This document shows, one piece after another, positions 1 to 10,509 of a stretch of DNA of 64,000 nucleotides; the first letter of the stretch is position 1; every line of letters begins with the position of its first letter. The notes beneath the pieces are model-generated. The model saw nothing but the letters and a program-made list of their open reading frames with translations. It did no database searches and was not told where the DNA came from. Origin of the DNA: an uncultured Alphaproteobacteria bacterium (GTDB taxonomy: Bacteria; Pseudomonadota; Alphaproteobacteria; SHNJ01). The DNA is taken from the NCBI GenBank assembly GCA_964647725.1, contig CAZYJI010000004.1, positions 52,633 to 116,632 of the forward strand. The letters run 5' to 3'. The position numbers and the translations under genes are program-made.

Positions 1-34
1 CGGGATGATCGCGAATAAATTGAATATCGTGCAT
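1..34 (-). CDS. serS: seryl-tRNA synthetase, N-terminal 11 codons only (runs off the window)
   Basis: The reverse-strand ATG at 32-34 reads MHDIQFIRDHP. This resembles the conserved SerRS start (MxDIKxIRxNP). serS downstream of tatC is common in alphaproteobacteria. Confidence 0.45.
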   Translation of the reverse strand, partial: MHDIQFIRDHP

Positions 35-84
35 GGAAAAAATAGATAAAGGAAATATGGCCGGAAATCAACCGTTTGTTGGGT

Positions 85-897
85 TTATGCCTTATCAGCG
101 GCGATTAAATCCCGTTTTCCTGCCGCTTTTTCCTGGGCAATGCAGATCCAGACCGATATTTCATACAGAAAATACATAGGTATCGCCAACAATAGCTGGC
201 TGATCACATCCGGCGGGGTGACGATGGCGGCAATGATCAGGATGATGACAATGGCATACCGGCGACTTTCGGCCAGGGTTTGCGCCGTCACCAAACCGAC
301 CTTGTTCATCAGCACCAATAATACCGGCAATTCAAAACAAAACCCAAACGCCATAATAAGGCCGGTGACGATGGATAAATATTCATTCACCTTGGCTTCG
401 AGTTGAATCGGTAAACCTTCGGGGCCGCCCATGGTTTCGTAACTAAGGAAGAATTTCCATGCCATCGGAAATACGACGTAATAAGCCATGGCAGCGCCCA
501 TCAAAAACAGAATCGGCGTTGCGATTAAAAACGGCATAAAGGCGCGTTTTTCGTTTTTATACAGACCCGGCGCGACAAACATCCATATTTGGGTCAGTAA
601 TAACGGCAAGCAGATGAATAAGGCCATCCACATCGCCAATTTCAATTGGGTAAAAAACGCCTCAGCAATGCCGGTGAAAATCATTCGCGGGTTGGTATGG
701 CCCTTGGCAGCCATCGCATCGATCAAGGGTCTGGCCAGGAAATCGTAAACATGCCCGGCGAAATGAAAACTGATGCCAAAGGCGATCACAAATCCGACCG
801 CGACGTAAAACAGCCGCGTGCGCAATTCTATGAAATGCTGCATAAATGGCATTTCCATAAAATCACTTTCGGCTTTGCTGTCTTTTTTCTCAGTCAT
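85..897 (-). CDS. tatC: Sec-independent protein translocase TatC
   Basis: 270 aa polytopic membrane protein. It has the typical TatC N-terminus (MPFMQHFIELRTRL) and follows tatA and tatB. Confidence 0.93.
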   Translation of the reverse strand: MTEKKDSKAESDFMEMPFMQHFIELRTRLFYVAVGFVIAFGISFHFAGHVYDFLARPLIDAMAAKGHTNPRMIFTGIAEAFFTQLKLAMWMALFICLPLLLTQIWMFVAPGLYKNEKRAFMPFLIATPILFLMGAAMAYYVVFPMAWKFFLSYETMGGPEGLPIQLEAKVNEYLSIVTGLIMAFGFCFELPVLLVLMNKVGLVTAQTLAESRRYAIVIILIIAAIVTPPDVISQLLLAIPMYFLYEISVWICIAQEKAAGKRDLIAADKA

Positions 898-899
898 TA

Positions 900-1223
900 C
901 TATACTTTAGGATTTGTTTCTGAAGTTTCACTGGAACTATCTGATAATCCTTCTTGCAACTGGGCGGTGGTATTGTCCAATTCCCGCTGAATCTGTTCCT
1001 GGAAATCGGTGATGCCGTGTTTTTCCAGTTCCTGGCGGAATTCTTTGATTTCTTCGGCGTGGACCACTTCTTCGACTTGGGATTGGAAATCGCGCATGAC
1101 TTTGCGCGCCATGCGGGTGAACTTACCCACTTGCTTCATTACTTTGGGCATGTCTTTGGGGCCGATCACAACGATCGCCACAATGCCGATCAAAGCAATT
1201 TCGGACCAACCAATGTCGAACAT
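900..1223 (-). CDS. tatB: Sec-independent translocase TatB
   Basis: The MFDIGWSEIALIGIVAIVVIGPKDMP N-terminus is a TatA/B-type TM helix plus amphipathic helix. The gene lies between tatA and tatC. Confidence 0.85.
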   Translation of the reverse strand: MFDIGWSEIALIGIVAIVVIGPKDMPKVMKQVGKFTRMARKVMRDFQSQVEEVVHAEEIKEFRQELEKHGITDFQEQIQRELDNTTAQLQEGLSDSSSETSETNPKV

Positions 1224-1235
1224 GGGCGTTGCCGA

Positions 1236-1406
1236 TTATTCTTTATCGATTTTTTGCTGATCGTTTTTGTCGTCTTTGATTTCGGTTTTAAAGGCTTTGA
1301 TACCTTTGGCAAAATCGCCCATCACTTGCGACAGGCGGCCACGGCCGAACAACAACAAAATCACCACGATAACGACCAACCAATGCATTAAGCTGAATGA
1401 ACCCAT
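1236..1406 (-). CDS. tatA: Sec-independent translocase TatA
   Basis: [25 protein letters not shown]... is a TatA/E-type sequence. I chose the ATG at 1406 because a GAGG sits about 6 nt upstream. The track ORF extends to 1433. Confidence 0.85.
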   Translation of the reverse strand: MGSFSLMHWLVVIVVILLLFGRGRLSQVMGDFAKGIKAFKTEIKDDKNDQQKIDKE

Positions 1407-1535
1407 AAGGACCTCGATGGATAGGAATTTCAATAAGATAGTCTATCATATCGGCAAATAATTGATATTTGCTCAATAATCGGCGTGTTTTTAAGCATTT
1501 TATAAGGGAATGTGGCGCTTTATTGCAATAAAACC

Positions 1536-2222
1536 CTATAGTTCCTCGTTATCCTCGGCATCCGTGCCTTCTGTTTCGGCGGACTCCTCGGCGGCTTGGA
1601 ACAATGGACCCATTGCGGCTGGGCGGTTTTTATCCAGTAATCCCGATGCTTTTAATTCATCGAATCCTGGCAAATCTTCGATCGCGGCAACGCCGAAATG
1701 CTGTAAAAATTCTTCGGTCGAAATCCAGGTTACGGGACGGCCTGGCGTTTCCCGGCGACGGCCTGGTTTAATCCATCCGGCCTGCAGTAAAATATCCAAT
1801 GTCCCCTGCGCCACCGATACGCCGCGAATATCTTCGATTTCGGCGCGGGTGACCGGCTGGTGATACGCGATGATCGCCAATGTTTCGACCGTCGCGCGGG
1901 TCAATTTGCGCTGTACGGTTTTTTCGCGCTTTAAATACGGGCCTAAACCCGCCGCAGTGCGGAGTGACCATGTGCCGCCAATTTCGGTCAATTGAAATCC
2001 GCGCGCATCGTATGTTTCTTTCAATTCGGCCAACAGCGGCTCGATATCGAATTCTTTTGGAAAGAACGATTGTAAATCCGCCAAGGACAATGGACGTTCG
2101 GTCGCGAAAATCAACGCCTCCAGCAGGCGTTTATGTTCCGCCCGGTCTTGGAATGGAACGACATTGTCGTTATCGGCGTCTTCGACGACGGCTTCTATGA
2201 TTGCGGCATTAGATTCGGTCAT
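1536..2222 (-). CDS. scpB: segregation and condensation protein B
   Basis: The sequence resembles ScpB winged-helix repeats (LEALIFATERPLSLADL ... AIIAYHQPVTRAEIEDIRGV). It overlaps the scpA stop. Confidence 0.9.
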   Translation of the reverse strand: MTESNAAIIEAVVEDADNDNVVPFQDRAEHKRLLEALIFATERPLSLADLQSFFPKEFDIEPLLAELKETYDARGFQLTEIGGTWSLRTAAGLGPYLKREKTVQRKLTRATVETLAIIAYHQPVTRAEIEDIRGVSVAQGTLDILLQAGWIKPGRRRETPGRPVTWISTEEFLQHFGVAAIEDLPGFDELKASGLLDKNRPAAMGPLFQAAEESAETEGTDAEDNEEL

Positions 2223-3031
2223 GCGGTCTCACTTTTCTTGCGGATATATAACGGTCCAAAATTTTGCAATTGGCGCAACTGCGCCTCGCCGGATTTGGCA
2301 AGCTCCAAGGATGCGGCGAATGTCGATGCGATAAACGATCTGCCGACAACGCCAGGCAATAATTCCACCGGCAAATACGACAATAACGATTCCCAATGTT
2401 GCGACAAGCCCATGCGTTGCCGCATATGGGTCATGGCGTGTTCAATGGTTTCCAGCAAATCCGGATTGATGGTAAATGTTTTTGCCGCCGTGACGCGTTG
2501 TTTAAAGTCGCCATAGGCCGACAATAAATCATATAGATTCACATCATATTGCGGATTATGAACGACGGTAATGCCTTCGGGTTCCGCGCGGCGAAACACA
2601 TCGATACCCAGGCGCGATTTCGATAATAATTGCGCGCCCGCTTTTTGCATCGACGCCAAACGCTGCAATTGCCATTGCAATGCTGCGGATAACTCTTCGG
2701 GTGTCGGTTCGTCTTCGGGCGGCGGATCCGGCAACAGCAACCGCGATTTCAAATAGGTCAGCCAGGCGGCCATAACCAAATAATCGGCGGCGATTTCCAA
2801 ATTTTGTTTTTTAGCCAGATGAATAAATTCCAGATATTGATCGGCAAGCGCCACGATATTGATTTGCGCCAAATCGATTTTTTGATCCCGCGCCAGATTC
2901 AATAAAATATCTAATGGACCTTCGTACCCGCCCAAATCCACGCGCAAACCGTCACCGCCAGCATTTTCATTGCTGGGTTGCGGCGGATGAACATCCGCTT
3001 CGAACGATGGATTAATAGTTTGCGTCGTCAA
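2219..3031 (-). CDS. scpA: segregation and condensation protein A (kleisin)
   Basis: LDGYEGPLDILLNLARDQKIDLAQINIVALADQYL is a characteristic ScpA N-terminus. The gene is translationally coupled to scpB. Confidence 0.9.
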   Translation of the reverse strand: MTTQTINPSFEADVHPPQPSNENAGGDGLRVDLGGYEGPLDILLNLARDQKIDLAQINIVALADQYLEFIHLAKKQNLEIAADYLVMAAWLTYLKSRLLLPDPPPEDEPTPEELSAALQWQLQRLASMQKAGAQLLSKSRLGIDVFRRAEPEGITVVHNPQYDVNLYDLLSAYGDFKQRVTAAKTFTINPDLLETIEHAMTHMRQRMGLSQHWESLLSYLPVELLPGVVGRSFIASTFAASLELAKSGEAQLRQLQNFGPLYIRKKSETA

Positions 3032-3723
3032 TGGCTGAATCCCCCGGCCAATAAAATAATTAAATTACCCAAGCTTGCGATACCGGCCTGCATAAAATGA
3101 CTGAATAAATCCAGATCCAGACCGTATCTTTCCCCCATCAAGGGCAGCAAGAAAATCAAGCTAACTAAGATAAATAGCCCATAACTTTCAAGCTTTGCAT
3201 AAGGTATAGCCCATTTTAAAGGCAGAATTCCAGTGATAATTCGCCCGCCATCCAGGGGTGGTAACGGAAACATGTTGAAAACTGCCAGGGCAATATTGAT
3301 CATAAAGGAATTGGACAAATTTTGCTGCAAAACATCAGCATATGGCCCGGCAAAATTAACCGTATGCAATAACAAGGCCGATACAAATGCCAGGAATATA
3401 TTGATCGCCGGCCCTGCCAAGGCGACCCAAATCATGTCGGTTTTGGGATGTCTTAGCCTTGTAAAATTCACCGGCACGGGTTTGGCGAAACCGAATAAAA
3501 ATGGCGCCTTGGCCAGAAATAAAAGCCCTGGCAATAAAATCGTGCCCACCGGATGAATATGCCGGAATGGATTGATACTGACCCGGCCCAAACGTTTGGC
3601 GGTATCGTCCCCCAAAATCCAGGCAACATATCCATGCGCGGCTTCGTGCAAACAAATCGCCAGCAACACCGGAATACCCCAATGCGCCAAGCCGCTGATG
3701 ATATCGGCCATATTGAAATCCAT
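3028..3723 (-). CDS. M50 (site-2 protease) family membrane metalloprotease
   Basis: It has an HEAAHG (HExxH) motif in a TM helix, is polytopic, and has a downstream LPPLDGG motif. Confidence 0.8.
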   Translation of the reverse strand: MDFNMADIISGLAHWGIPVLLAICLHEAAHGYVAWILGDDTAKRLGRVSINPFRHIHPVGTILLPGLLFLAKAPFLFGFAKPVPVNFTRLRHPKTDMIWVALAGPAINIFLAFVSALLLHTVNFAGPYADVLQQNLSNSFMINIALAVFNMFPLPPLDGGRIITGILPLKWAIPYAKLESYGLFILVSLIFLLPLMGERYGLDLDLFSHFMQAGIASLGNLIILLAGGFSH

Positions 3724-4707
3724 TTATGCGACCAGCTTGCTGTGCATGACCAAATGCAAGGCTTGTTCGAACCGTTGCGCGGCATTTTCATCCATCGCAT
3801 CCGGCAAAGCAGCGGCGATGGTTTGCATTTCATCGAATTTACCGCTGCAATGCAACACCACATCGCATCCAGCCTTTAAACTTTGCTTGGTTAAATCGGC
3901 GAAATCGCCTTTTAATGCCTTCATGCCCAAATCGTCGGACATCAATACACCCAAATATCCGATATCGCCGCGAATGACTTGGTCGATAATTTTCGGCGAT
4001 AAGGTTGCGGGCAAATCGGGATCGATATCAGTATATAAAATATGTGCGGTCATGGCGAGCGGCATGTCGCATAAAAATTTGAACGGCGCGAAATCGGTGC
4101 TTTTCAACGTGGCGTAATCGGTATCGACGCGCGGCAATTCCAAATGGCTGTCCGCCATGGCGCGGCCATGGCCAGGAATATGTTTGATCACCGGCAATAC
4201 GCCCGCATCGATCAATCCCAAACAGGCGCTTTGCCCCAATTGGGTAACCGGCCAGGATTTATCGGCAAAGGCCCGATCGCCAATCACATCATGCGCGCCT
4301 GGAATCGGAATATCCAACACCGGTGCGCAATTAACATTGATACCAAGATCGAACAACCCCTGCCCGATGCGAACATAATTATCGTAGGTTTTTTCCAGCG
4401 CCTCATCCGCGTTTGTGGCATATAAATCGCCGAATTGCCGCACCGGCGGGAATGCCGGCCATATTGGCGGTTTCAAACGCGCCACGCGGCCGCCTTCCTG
4501 ATCGATCAAGATCAGCAAATCGTTATTGCCGGTTACTTCGCGCATCGAGGCGGTCAATGATTTGACTTGATCCAGGCTTTCAATATTGCGTGCAAACAAA
4601 ATCGTGCCGACGGGATTGGTTTCTTGCAGAAACTTTTTTTCGGCATCGGTCAAAACCGTGCCGGAAACCCCGAATATGGCAGGACGCAGATTGCTATGGG
4701 GCGACAT
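3724..4707 (-). CDS. nagZ: beta-N-acetylhexosaminidase (GH3, peptidoglycan recycling)
   Basis: GH3 NagZ-like motifs are present: IDQEGGRVARL and KHIPGHGRAMADSHLELP. Confidence 0.9.
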   Translation of the reverse strand: MSPHSNLRPAIFGVSGTVLTDAEKKFLQETNPVGTILFARNIESLDQVKSLTASMREVTGNNDLLILIDQEGGRVARLKPPIWPAFPPVRQFGDLYATNADEALEKTYDNYVRIGQGLFDLGINVNCAPVLDIPIPGAHDVIGDRAFADKSWPVTQLGQSACLGLIDAGVLPVIKHIPGHGRAMADSHLELPRVDTDYATLKSTDFAPFKFLCDMPLAMTAHILYTDIDPDLPATLSPKIIDQVIRGDIGYLGVLMSDDLGMKALKGDFADLTKQSLKAGCDVVLHCSGKFDEMQTIAAALPDAMDENAAQRFEQALHLVMHSKLVA

Positions 4708-5605
4708 ACAGGCACCCCTGACCTTGCGCCTTTAAGGACGAACAAGCCGCGCTCGCAGATGCTTTGTCCGAAAAACCTTCGGCTTGAACGCGGTAATAAG
4801 TTCCCTTGCCCGGAATATCGGCGGAGCGGATATTCACCCGGCGGTTGCTAAGCACGGTTGGATATTTGCTTTTGAATAAGGCAGCCGCTTTTTCCGCTTG
4901 GGTTTTATCCGGCAAAGACGCCAATTGGATTTTATGCGCGCCACTGGCGGTTGGTGTATTGCTGGATGCCGGTTTTTCGATTTTTGCAGCAACGGTTTTC
5001 TTTGCCTCCGGTTTTGGCGCCTCGGCCTTTTTCACTGGCTCCGCCTTTGGTTCAGGCTTTTTCACTTCTTTTACAGGCTCCGGTTCCGATTTAGGTTCCG
5101 GCTGTTTTTGCGCCGCCGGTTGAATTTCCGGTTTTGGTACTTCGGCGACGTTTACTTCTTTAGTTGGCGCCAGATTCAAAGATTCTGGATTCCCCGCCGT
5201 ATTGGTGTTGCTACCGGCGCGGTCAATGGCGATAATTTCCATATCCGCATCGCCAGCCGTTTTGGTTGCAGGCTCCATCGGTTTTTCTGCGCTAGGCACC
5301 AATTTTTCCGGCGCGTTCGATTCATTGCCCTGAATTTGTTCATACACCAATTTATCTTGGTGTGGAATTTCCATGCCGCCTGGTTGATCCGGGCGGACTT
5401 TGAACGGTTCGGCGTCGGCGCTGATGACCGGCGTTACGCCGCTGATCCCGGTTTGCTGACCTTGGCTGAAGGCGTAAAATACAATGCCAACAAAAGCCAA
5501 TAACACGATCAATACGACATAGCGTTTGACCCGGCGCGGACGGCGGCCAGTTTCTTCTTCGCCAATACGTTCATCGCGATTCATCCGAAATTCATTTTCT
5601 GTCAT
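4694..5605 (-). CDS. SPOR domain-containing membrane protein
   Basis: N-terminal TM helix, a Pro/Lys/Glu-rich linker, and a C-terminal SPOR-like domain (HKIQLASLPDKTQAEKA...YYRVQAEGFSDKASASAAC). Confidence 0.8.
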   Translation of the reverse strand: MTENEFRMNRDERIGEEETGRRPRRVKRYVVLIVLLAFVGIVFYAFSQGQQTGISGVTPVISADAEPFKVRPDQPGGMEIPHQDKLVYEQIQGNESNAPEKLVPSAEKPMEPATKTAGDADMEIIAIDRAGSNTNTAGNPESLNLAPTKEVNVAEVPKPEIQPAAQKQPEPKSEPEPVKEVKKPEPKAEPVKKAEAPKPEAKKTVAAKIEKPASSNTPTASGAHKIQLASLPDKTQAEKAAALFKSKYPTVLSNRRVNIRSADIPGKGTYYRVQAEGFSDKASASAACSSLKAQGQGCLYVAP

Positions 5606-5608
5606 GGC

Positions 5609-7375
5609 TTATTCTTCCTTTGCGCTCATTTCTTTTACTGCTTGGACACCGAATACCGAAAGACCGCTTTCGATAATGCTCCGGCATGATTCTATCATAG
5701 CCAGCCGGGCGATGCTTTCTTCTTTCTTGCCTTCGATCAAAAATCGCAGTTCAGCGTGATCTTTGCCCTTGTTCCACAGACTATGGAACGCGGCCGCCAA
5801 ATCCTGGATATAAAAGCATAAACGGTGCGGTTCGTGGGCCAGGGCCGATGCCTCGATCGCGCGGGGCCATACGGCCATCAATCGGATCAGGGCCATTTCC
5901 GCGTCATCATTCAACAGGGCAAAATTGGCCTTTTTCAGGTTATCCGGGGTGATTGCCGCCGCGCCAAACATATCGGCCGCATGCCGCATGACCGAACAAA
6001 TCCGCGCATGGGCGTATTGCACGTAAAATACCGGGTTATCCTTGGATTGTTCTTTGACCTTTACCAAATCGAAATCGAACGCCACATCGTTTTTACGGGT
6101 CATAATGACGAAACGGAATACATCCTTGCCCACATCCTCGAGCACATCGCGCAAGGTTACAAATGTCCCTGCCCGTTTCGACATACGCACCGGTTCGCCA
6201 TTGCGCATGATATTGATTAACTGATTCAGCTTGCAATCCAATTCCGCCTCGCCGCCGCTGACAGCCTTGGTGGCGGCCGTAATTCGCCGCACATATCCGC
6301 CATGATCCGCGCCAAGGCAATTGACCAGATTTTTACCAGTGCGCAGATATTTATCGTAATGATACGCGACATCATTCGCAAAGTAAGTGTTGCTGCCATC
6401 CGATTTTTTTAAGGGGCGGTCGACATCGTCACCGAATTTGGTGGACTGGAACAATGTCTGCGGGCGCGGTTCCCAATCGTCCGGCGTTTTGCCCTTGGGC
6501 GGCTCCAGAACGCCGACATATAAAAGGCCCAGCTCTTCGAGGCGTTTGATCATAATTTCGACCTTGCCGGCCTTAATTAGCTCATGCTCGCTGGAGAATA
6601 CGTCGTGCCGTACGCCCAGGAATTTCAAATCGTCTTTGATCCAGCCAAGAATGTGATTGACCGCGAATTGACGCAGCGGCTCCAACCATTCGGGTTCTTC
6701 CTTGCCTATCCATTTTTTACCATCACGTTCGGCCAATGCGGCGGCGACTTCTTTCATATATTCGGCCGGATATAATCCAGCAGGAATTTCGCCGATATTT
6801 TCGCCAAAATATTCGCGGTACCGCAAATGCAAGGTGCGTGATAATTTTTCCACCTGCGCACCAGCATCGTTTAAATAATATTCACGGGTAACCTTGTACC
6901 CTGTTTTTTCCAGAACGGTCGATAACGCATCGCCAAATACCGCTCCGCGTCCGTGCCCCACATGCATCGGGCCGGTGGGATTGGCGGATACGAATTCGAC
7001 GTTAATCGGCTCGCCCTTGCCGATATTTTCAAAACCGTAATTGGTCGACGATTTTAAAATCTCGCCCAAGTGATTTTGCCATACGCCGCTTTGCAGACGC
7101 AGGTTGATGAATCCTGGCTTGGCAACCTCTACGTTCGCAACTTCTGGCAGAGATTTTAATTTGGCAACAATCTTCTCCGCAACATCCAATGGCGGCTTGC
7201 CAACTTGTTTGGTCAAAATCATCGCCGCGTTGGTTGAAATATCGCCATGCGATGCATCGCGCGGCGGCTCCGCCGTGATTTTGGATAAATCCAATTGGCC
7301 GGGCAATTCGCCGGCAGCGTTCAAATTCAGAATTATTTTTTCAATTTTATTTTTAAAATCGTTAAAGATGTTCAT
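5609..7375 (-). CDS. argS: arginine--tRNA ligase
   Basis: 588 aa class I aaRS with [14 protein letters not shown] (HIGH). The full-length architecture fits ArgRS. Confidence 0.97.
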   Translation of the reverse strand: MNIFNDFKNKIEKIILNLNAAGELPGQLDLSKITAEPPRDASHGDISTNAAMILTKQVGKPPLDVAEKIVAKLKSLPEVANVEVAKPGFINLRLQSGVWQNHLGEILKSSTNYGFENIGKGEPINVEFVSANPTGPMHVGHGRGAVFGDALSTVLEKTGYKVTREYYLNDAGAQVEKLSRTLHLRYREYFGENIGEIPAGLYPAEYMKEVAAALAERDGKKWIGKEEPEWLEPLRQFAVNHILGWIKDDLKFLGVRHDVFSSEHELIKAGKVEIMIKRLEELGLLYVGVLEPPKGKTPDDWEPRPQTLFQSTKFGDDVDRPLKKSDGSNTYFANDVAYHYDKYLRTGKNLVNCLGADHGGYVRRITAATKAVSGGEAELDCKLNQLINIMRNGEPVRMSKRAGTFVTLRDVLEDVGKDVFRFVIMTRKNDVAFDFDLVKVKEQSKDNPVFYVQYAHARICSVMRHAADMFGAAAITPDNLKKANFALLNDDAEMALIRLMAVWPRAIEASALAHEPHRLCFYIQDLAAAFHSLWNKGKDHAELRFLIEGKKEESIARLAMIESCRSIIESGLSVFGVQAVKEMSAKEE

Positions 7376-7396
7376 TACTCACTCTCTATACTAACC

Positions 7397-7482
7397 TGTC
7401 ATCCTGAGCCGAAGGCGAAGGATCCCAATCATACAAACGTCTTTTACCGGACGAGATCCTTCGGCTACACCTCAGGATGACA
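7397..7482. repeat. 86-bp palindromic element, a gene-less copy of the inverted repeat that brackets the GIY-YIG gene at 25185-25574
   Basis: The left arm tgtcatcctgagccgaaggcgaaggatc is identical over 28 nt to 25185-25212. The right arm gacgagatccttcggctacacctcaggatgaca is its imperfect reverse complement. Confidence 0.85.
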
Positions 7483-7498
7483 ATCCATAAATTATCTA

Positions 7499-8707
7499 CT
7501 AACTCTTCGCGTACAAATCGAACAATCGTCGGTGTTCATCCAGCGCATATCGGTCCGTCATGCCGGCGATATAATCCGCCACAATGCGCGCCCTGCCTTT
7601 TTCGTTTTGGCCTTCCATATCGGCTTGCCAAGATTCCGGTAAACATTCCGGTTCGGCCAATAAAATCATGAACAATTCCCGCACCACGCGCCGCGCCTTG
7701 CTGGTCATGCGGTTGACGCGGTAATGGCGGTACATTCGGCGCATAAGAAATCGTTTCAATTCCATCAAATTTTCGTGCATCGGTTTGGAAAACGCCACGA
7801 CCGCAATTTTCGCGGCGCGAATATCATCGACCGATTCTGGATTCAATTTTTTCAACCGCTGCCGTGTTTCGGCCAGAATATCGGATACCATATTGCCGAT
7901 GACTTCGCGAATCGCCTCGTGCATCAAGCGGTCGGAATCGATTTTCGGATAAGATTTACGCACCCGCGCGATTACGCCGGATATCAATGACACGGAATCC
8001 AAATCATCGATGGAAAATAATCCGGCACGAATGCCGTCATCAATATCATGATTGCAATAGGCGATATCGTCGGCCAGTGCCGCCACTTGCGCTTCCGCGC
8101 TAGGGAACGTATTCAACTTCAAATCGTGTTTTTTGTTATAAGCCGCGATAGTGGTTGGCAGCGTCTTTTTATTCATCGGACCGTTATGTTTGACAACGCC
8201 TTCCAATGTTTCAAAAGTCAAATTCAATCCATCGAACTTCGCATAGCGTTTTTCTAGTTGCGTCAATACACGCAACGTCTGATCGTTATGATCGAATCCG
8301 CCGAACGATTTCATCACTTCATCCAATGCTTCCTCGCCCGCATGACCGAACGGCGTATGGCCAAGGTCATGGGCCAGCGCGCACGCCTCCGCCAAATCTT
8401 CGTCCAATTGCAGATTGCGAGAAATGGACCGGGCGATTTGCGCGACTTCCAATGAATGGGTCAAACGCGTTCTGTAATAATCACCTTCGTGGTTGACGAA
8501 CACTTGGGTTTTATATTCCAGTTTGCGGAATGCGCCGGAATGAATAATCCGGTCCCGGTCGCGTTGAAATTCGGTGCGGTTGGATGGCAACGCCTCCCGA
8601 ATCAACCGGCCGCGGCTTTGTGCCGCAGTGCAGGCATACACAGCCAAATCTTTGGAACGGTTTTCGTTTGCGACGCCGACTGGCGATTTAATGTTACGGA
8701 CAGCCAT
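7499..8707 (-). CDS. dgt: deoxyguanosinetriphosphate triphosphohydrolase-like HD-domain protein
   Basis: HD-domain motifs are present: RLTHSLEVAQIAR and AHDLGHTPFGHAGE. The C-terminus DYIAGMTDRYA is typical of the dGTPase family. Confidence 0.93.
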   Translation of the reverse strand: MAVRNIKSPVGVANENRSKDLAVYACTAAQSRGRLIREALPSNRTEFQRDRDRIIHSGAFRKLEYKTQVFVNHEGDYYRTRLTHSLEVAQIARSISRNLQLDEDLAEACALAHDLGHTPFGHAGEEALDEVMKSFGGFDHNDQTLRVLTQLEKRYAKFDGLNLTFETLEGVVKHNGPMNKKTLPTTIAAYNKKHDLKLNTFPSAEAQVAALADDIAYCNHDIDDGIRAGLFSIDDLDSVSLISGVIARVRKSYPKIDSDRLMHEAIREVIGNMVSDILAETRQRLKKLNPESVDDIRAAKIAVVAFSKPMHENLMELKRFLMRRMYRHYRVNRMTSKARRVVRELFMILLAEPECLPESWQADMEGQNEKGRARIVADYIAGMTDRYALDEHRRLFDLYAKS

Positions 8708-8832
8708 TAATACCCTTATTTCAATAAGCGAAATAAGCTAGCATATTGCAATTATTGAGCAAGTTTATTGCTGAAAAAATTGACTTTTTTCCATAAGTTA
8801 TTACATTATACCTAAGAAAGAATGGGGTTTTA

Positions 8833-9165
8833 ATGAGCGAGATGGTAAGTTTGACCGATAATGCCGCTAAACGCATTGCCGAAATGCAGGAAACCGAGAA
8901 AAATCCGGGTCTACGGCTACGGTTACGCGTGGATTCGGGCGGATGTTCCGGGTTTTCGTATGTGTTCGATTTCGACGATAAAAAGGCCGGCGACGACCTT
9001 ATTTTCGCCCATAATGGCATGGAATTGGTTATCGACCCTGTATCGTTGGAATTGGTGAAAGGCAGCCGGATCGATTATGTCGAAGAAATGATTGGCGCGT
9101 ATTTCGCGGTAAAAAATCCCAATGCCGCCAGCGGATGCGGTTGCGGCGTCAGTTTTTCAATCTAA
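8833..9165 (+). CDS. erpA: iron-sulfur cluster insertion protein, ErpA/IscA (HesB) family
   Basis: 110 aa with LRLRVDSGGCSGFSY and a C-terminal CGCGVSF motif. Confidence 0.9.
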   Translation: MSEMVSLTDNAAKRIAEMQETEKNPGLRLRLRVDSGGCSGFSYVFDFDDKKAGDDLIFAHNGMELVIDPVSLELVKGSRIDYVEEMIGAYFAVKNPNAASGCGCGVSFSI

Positions 9166-9177
9166 GGAATAGATATC

Positions 9178-9735
9178 ATGACCACCAACAAAGATGCCCT
9201 CGCCCTTGCCGCCATCGAATTGAACGATCGCGAAGCCTATGAAGCGGCGGTAGAAGATGGCGCGAGCCCTAATCCAGGAGCCAATCAAAATGTCGGCAAT
9301 TTGCGAAATGATTTAAATTCTGGATATGCCGAAGCCGTGCGTACAAAAAATATTCCAATGATGCTCGAAATTTTGGAAAACACTTTGGCCGGAACTAAGA
9401 TGGCGCTTAGCCCAATGGAACGGGAGTTATTATACGCCGCGCATAGCGGGGACCTGAACCAAATCGCCAATGCCTTGCGCGGTGTACGCAATCCGCAAAT
9501 TATCGATGCGGCACGCGATATTGCACAGTTTTCCGGCAATGCCGAATTCGCCAATGCCATGTACAGCGCCGGAAAAATCGCTAATGAAAATATGGCCGAG
9601 CTTGGTGAGAAATCCGATCAAATTCAACGCAATGCGATTTTGGCGCGCAATGCGAAATTGCAAGAACAATTCCGCCAGCATCAAGAAAATCAAGAATCCC
9701 GCGCCCCTCGCACCCGCCGCCGCACCGCCGCTTAG
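9178..9735 (+). CDS. hypothetical protein (helical, basic C-terminal tail)
   Basis: The ORF fills the erpA-xthA gap and ends 3 nt before xthA. I recognise no family. Confidence 0.55.
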   Translation: MTTNKDALALAAIELNDREAYEAAVEDGASPNPGANQNVGNLRNDLNSGYAEAVRTKNIPMMLEILENTLAGTKMALSPMERELLYAAHSGDLNQIANALRGVRNPQIIDAARDIAQFSGNAEFANAMYSAGKIANENMAELGEKSDQIQRNAILARNAKLQEQFRQHQENQESRAPRTRRRTAA

Positions 9736-9738
9736 TAT

Positions 9739-10509
9739 ATGAAAATAGCCTGTTGGAACGTTAATTCAATAAAATCAAGGCGGGAGCATTTGATGCGCTG
9801 GATGCACGATGTGCAACCCGATGTCGTTATGCTGCAAGAATTAAAATGTACGGCCGAGGATTTTCCGGCCCTAGAATTATCCGGGCTTGGGTACCATGCC
9901 GAATTGGTTGGGCAGAAAACTTATAATGGCGTCGCGATCCTATCGCGCCTTAAATCCCAGATCGTCCATTCCACCCTGCCTGGCGATGATGCGGATTTGC
10001 AGGCGCGTTATATCGAAGTCGATTTGCCGGATGGCTGGCGATTGATCAATATCTATGTGCCGAATGGCCAAGCGGTTGGATCCGATAAATTCGATTATAA
10101 ATTGAAATTTTATGAACGGCTGCGCGCGCATATTCAATTGGCGCTGGCAACTGAACGTAAAGTCGTTATTGGCGGCGATTTCAACGTGGCATTGCAAGAT
10201 ATCGATGTGTTCGATGCCAAGGTGTGCAAAGGCGAAGTGCTATTTTCCAATCCCGAACGCGCCGCGTTGCACAGTATTATCAACTTAGGTCTGGTTGATT
10301 GCTATCGCGCCCTCAATCCGGGTGCGATGGAATTTTCCTGGTGGGATTACCGTGCCGGTGGGTTCGAACGCAATTTGGGATTCCGCATCGATTATTTGTT
10401 TGCCAATGCCTATGCGGCGCAAAGATTGAAATCCGCGACCATCGATAAAACACCGCGCGGATGGGAAAAACCATCCGATCATACGCCCGTTGTTATTGAG
10501 TTGAACTAA
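9739..10509 (+). CDS. xthA: exodeoxyribonuclease III
   Basis: MKIACWNVNSIKSR, LQELK, and a C-terminal SDHTPV are EEP/ExoIII family signatures. Confidence 0.95.
   Translation: MKIACWNVNSIKSRREHLMRWMHDVQPDVVMLQELKCTAEDFPALELSGLGYHAELVGQKTYNGVAILSRLKSQIVHSTLPGDDADLQARYIEVDLPDGWRLINIYVPNGQAVGSDKFDYKLKFYERLRAHIQLALATERKVVIGGDFNVALQDIDVFDAKVCKGEVLFSNPERAALHSIINLGLVDCYRALNPGAMEFSWWDYRAGGFERNLGFRIDYLFANAYAAQRLKSATIDKTPRGWEKPSDHTPVVIELN

Noticed and set aside
954-1391. 145-aa plus-strand ORF across tatB/tatA
   Set aside because: It is antisense to two well-supported Tat genes. The sequence is low-complexity and Phe/His-rich, typical of a shadow frame.
4898-5503. 201-aa plus-strand ORF, plus repetitive PEPK-like nucleotide repeats around 4990-5140
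   Set aside because: The ORF is antisense to the SPOR-domain gene. The repeats encode that protein's Pro/Glu/Lys-rich linker, so this is low-complexity coding sequence and not a tandem-repeat element or CRISPR array.
7295-7480. 61-aa ORF reading through the argS start and the palindromic element
   Set aside because: It overlaps the argS start on the opposite strand. The rest is encoded by the inverted repeat, so it is an artefact of the repeat.
8721-9020. 99-aa minus-strand ORF overlapping the erpA start
   Set aside because: It is antisense to a strongly supported erpA gene and the divergent promoter region. No ribosome-binding site or family is visible.
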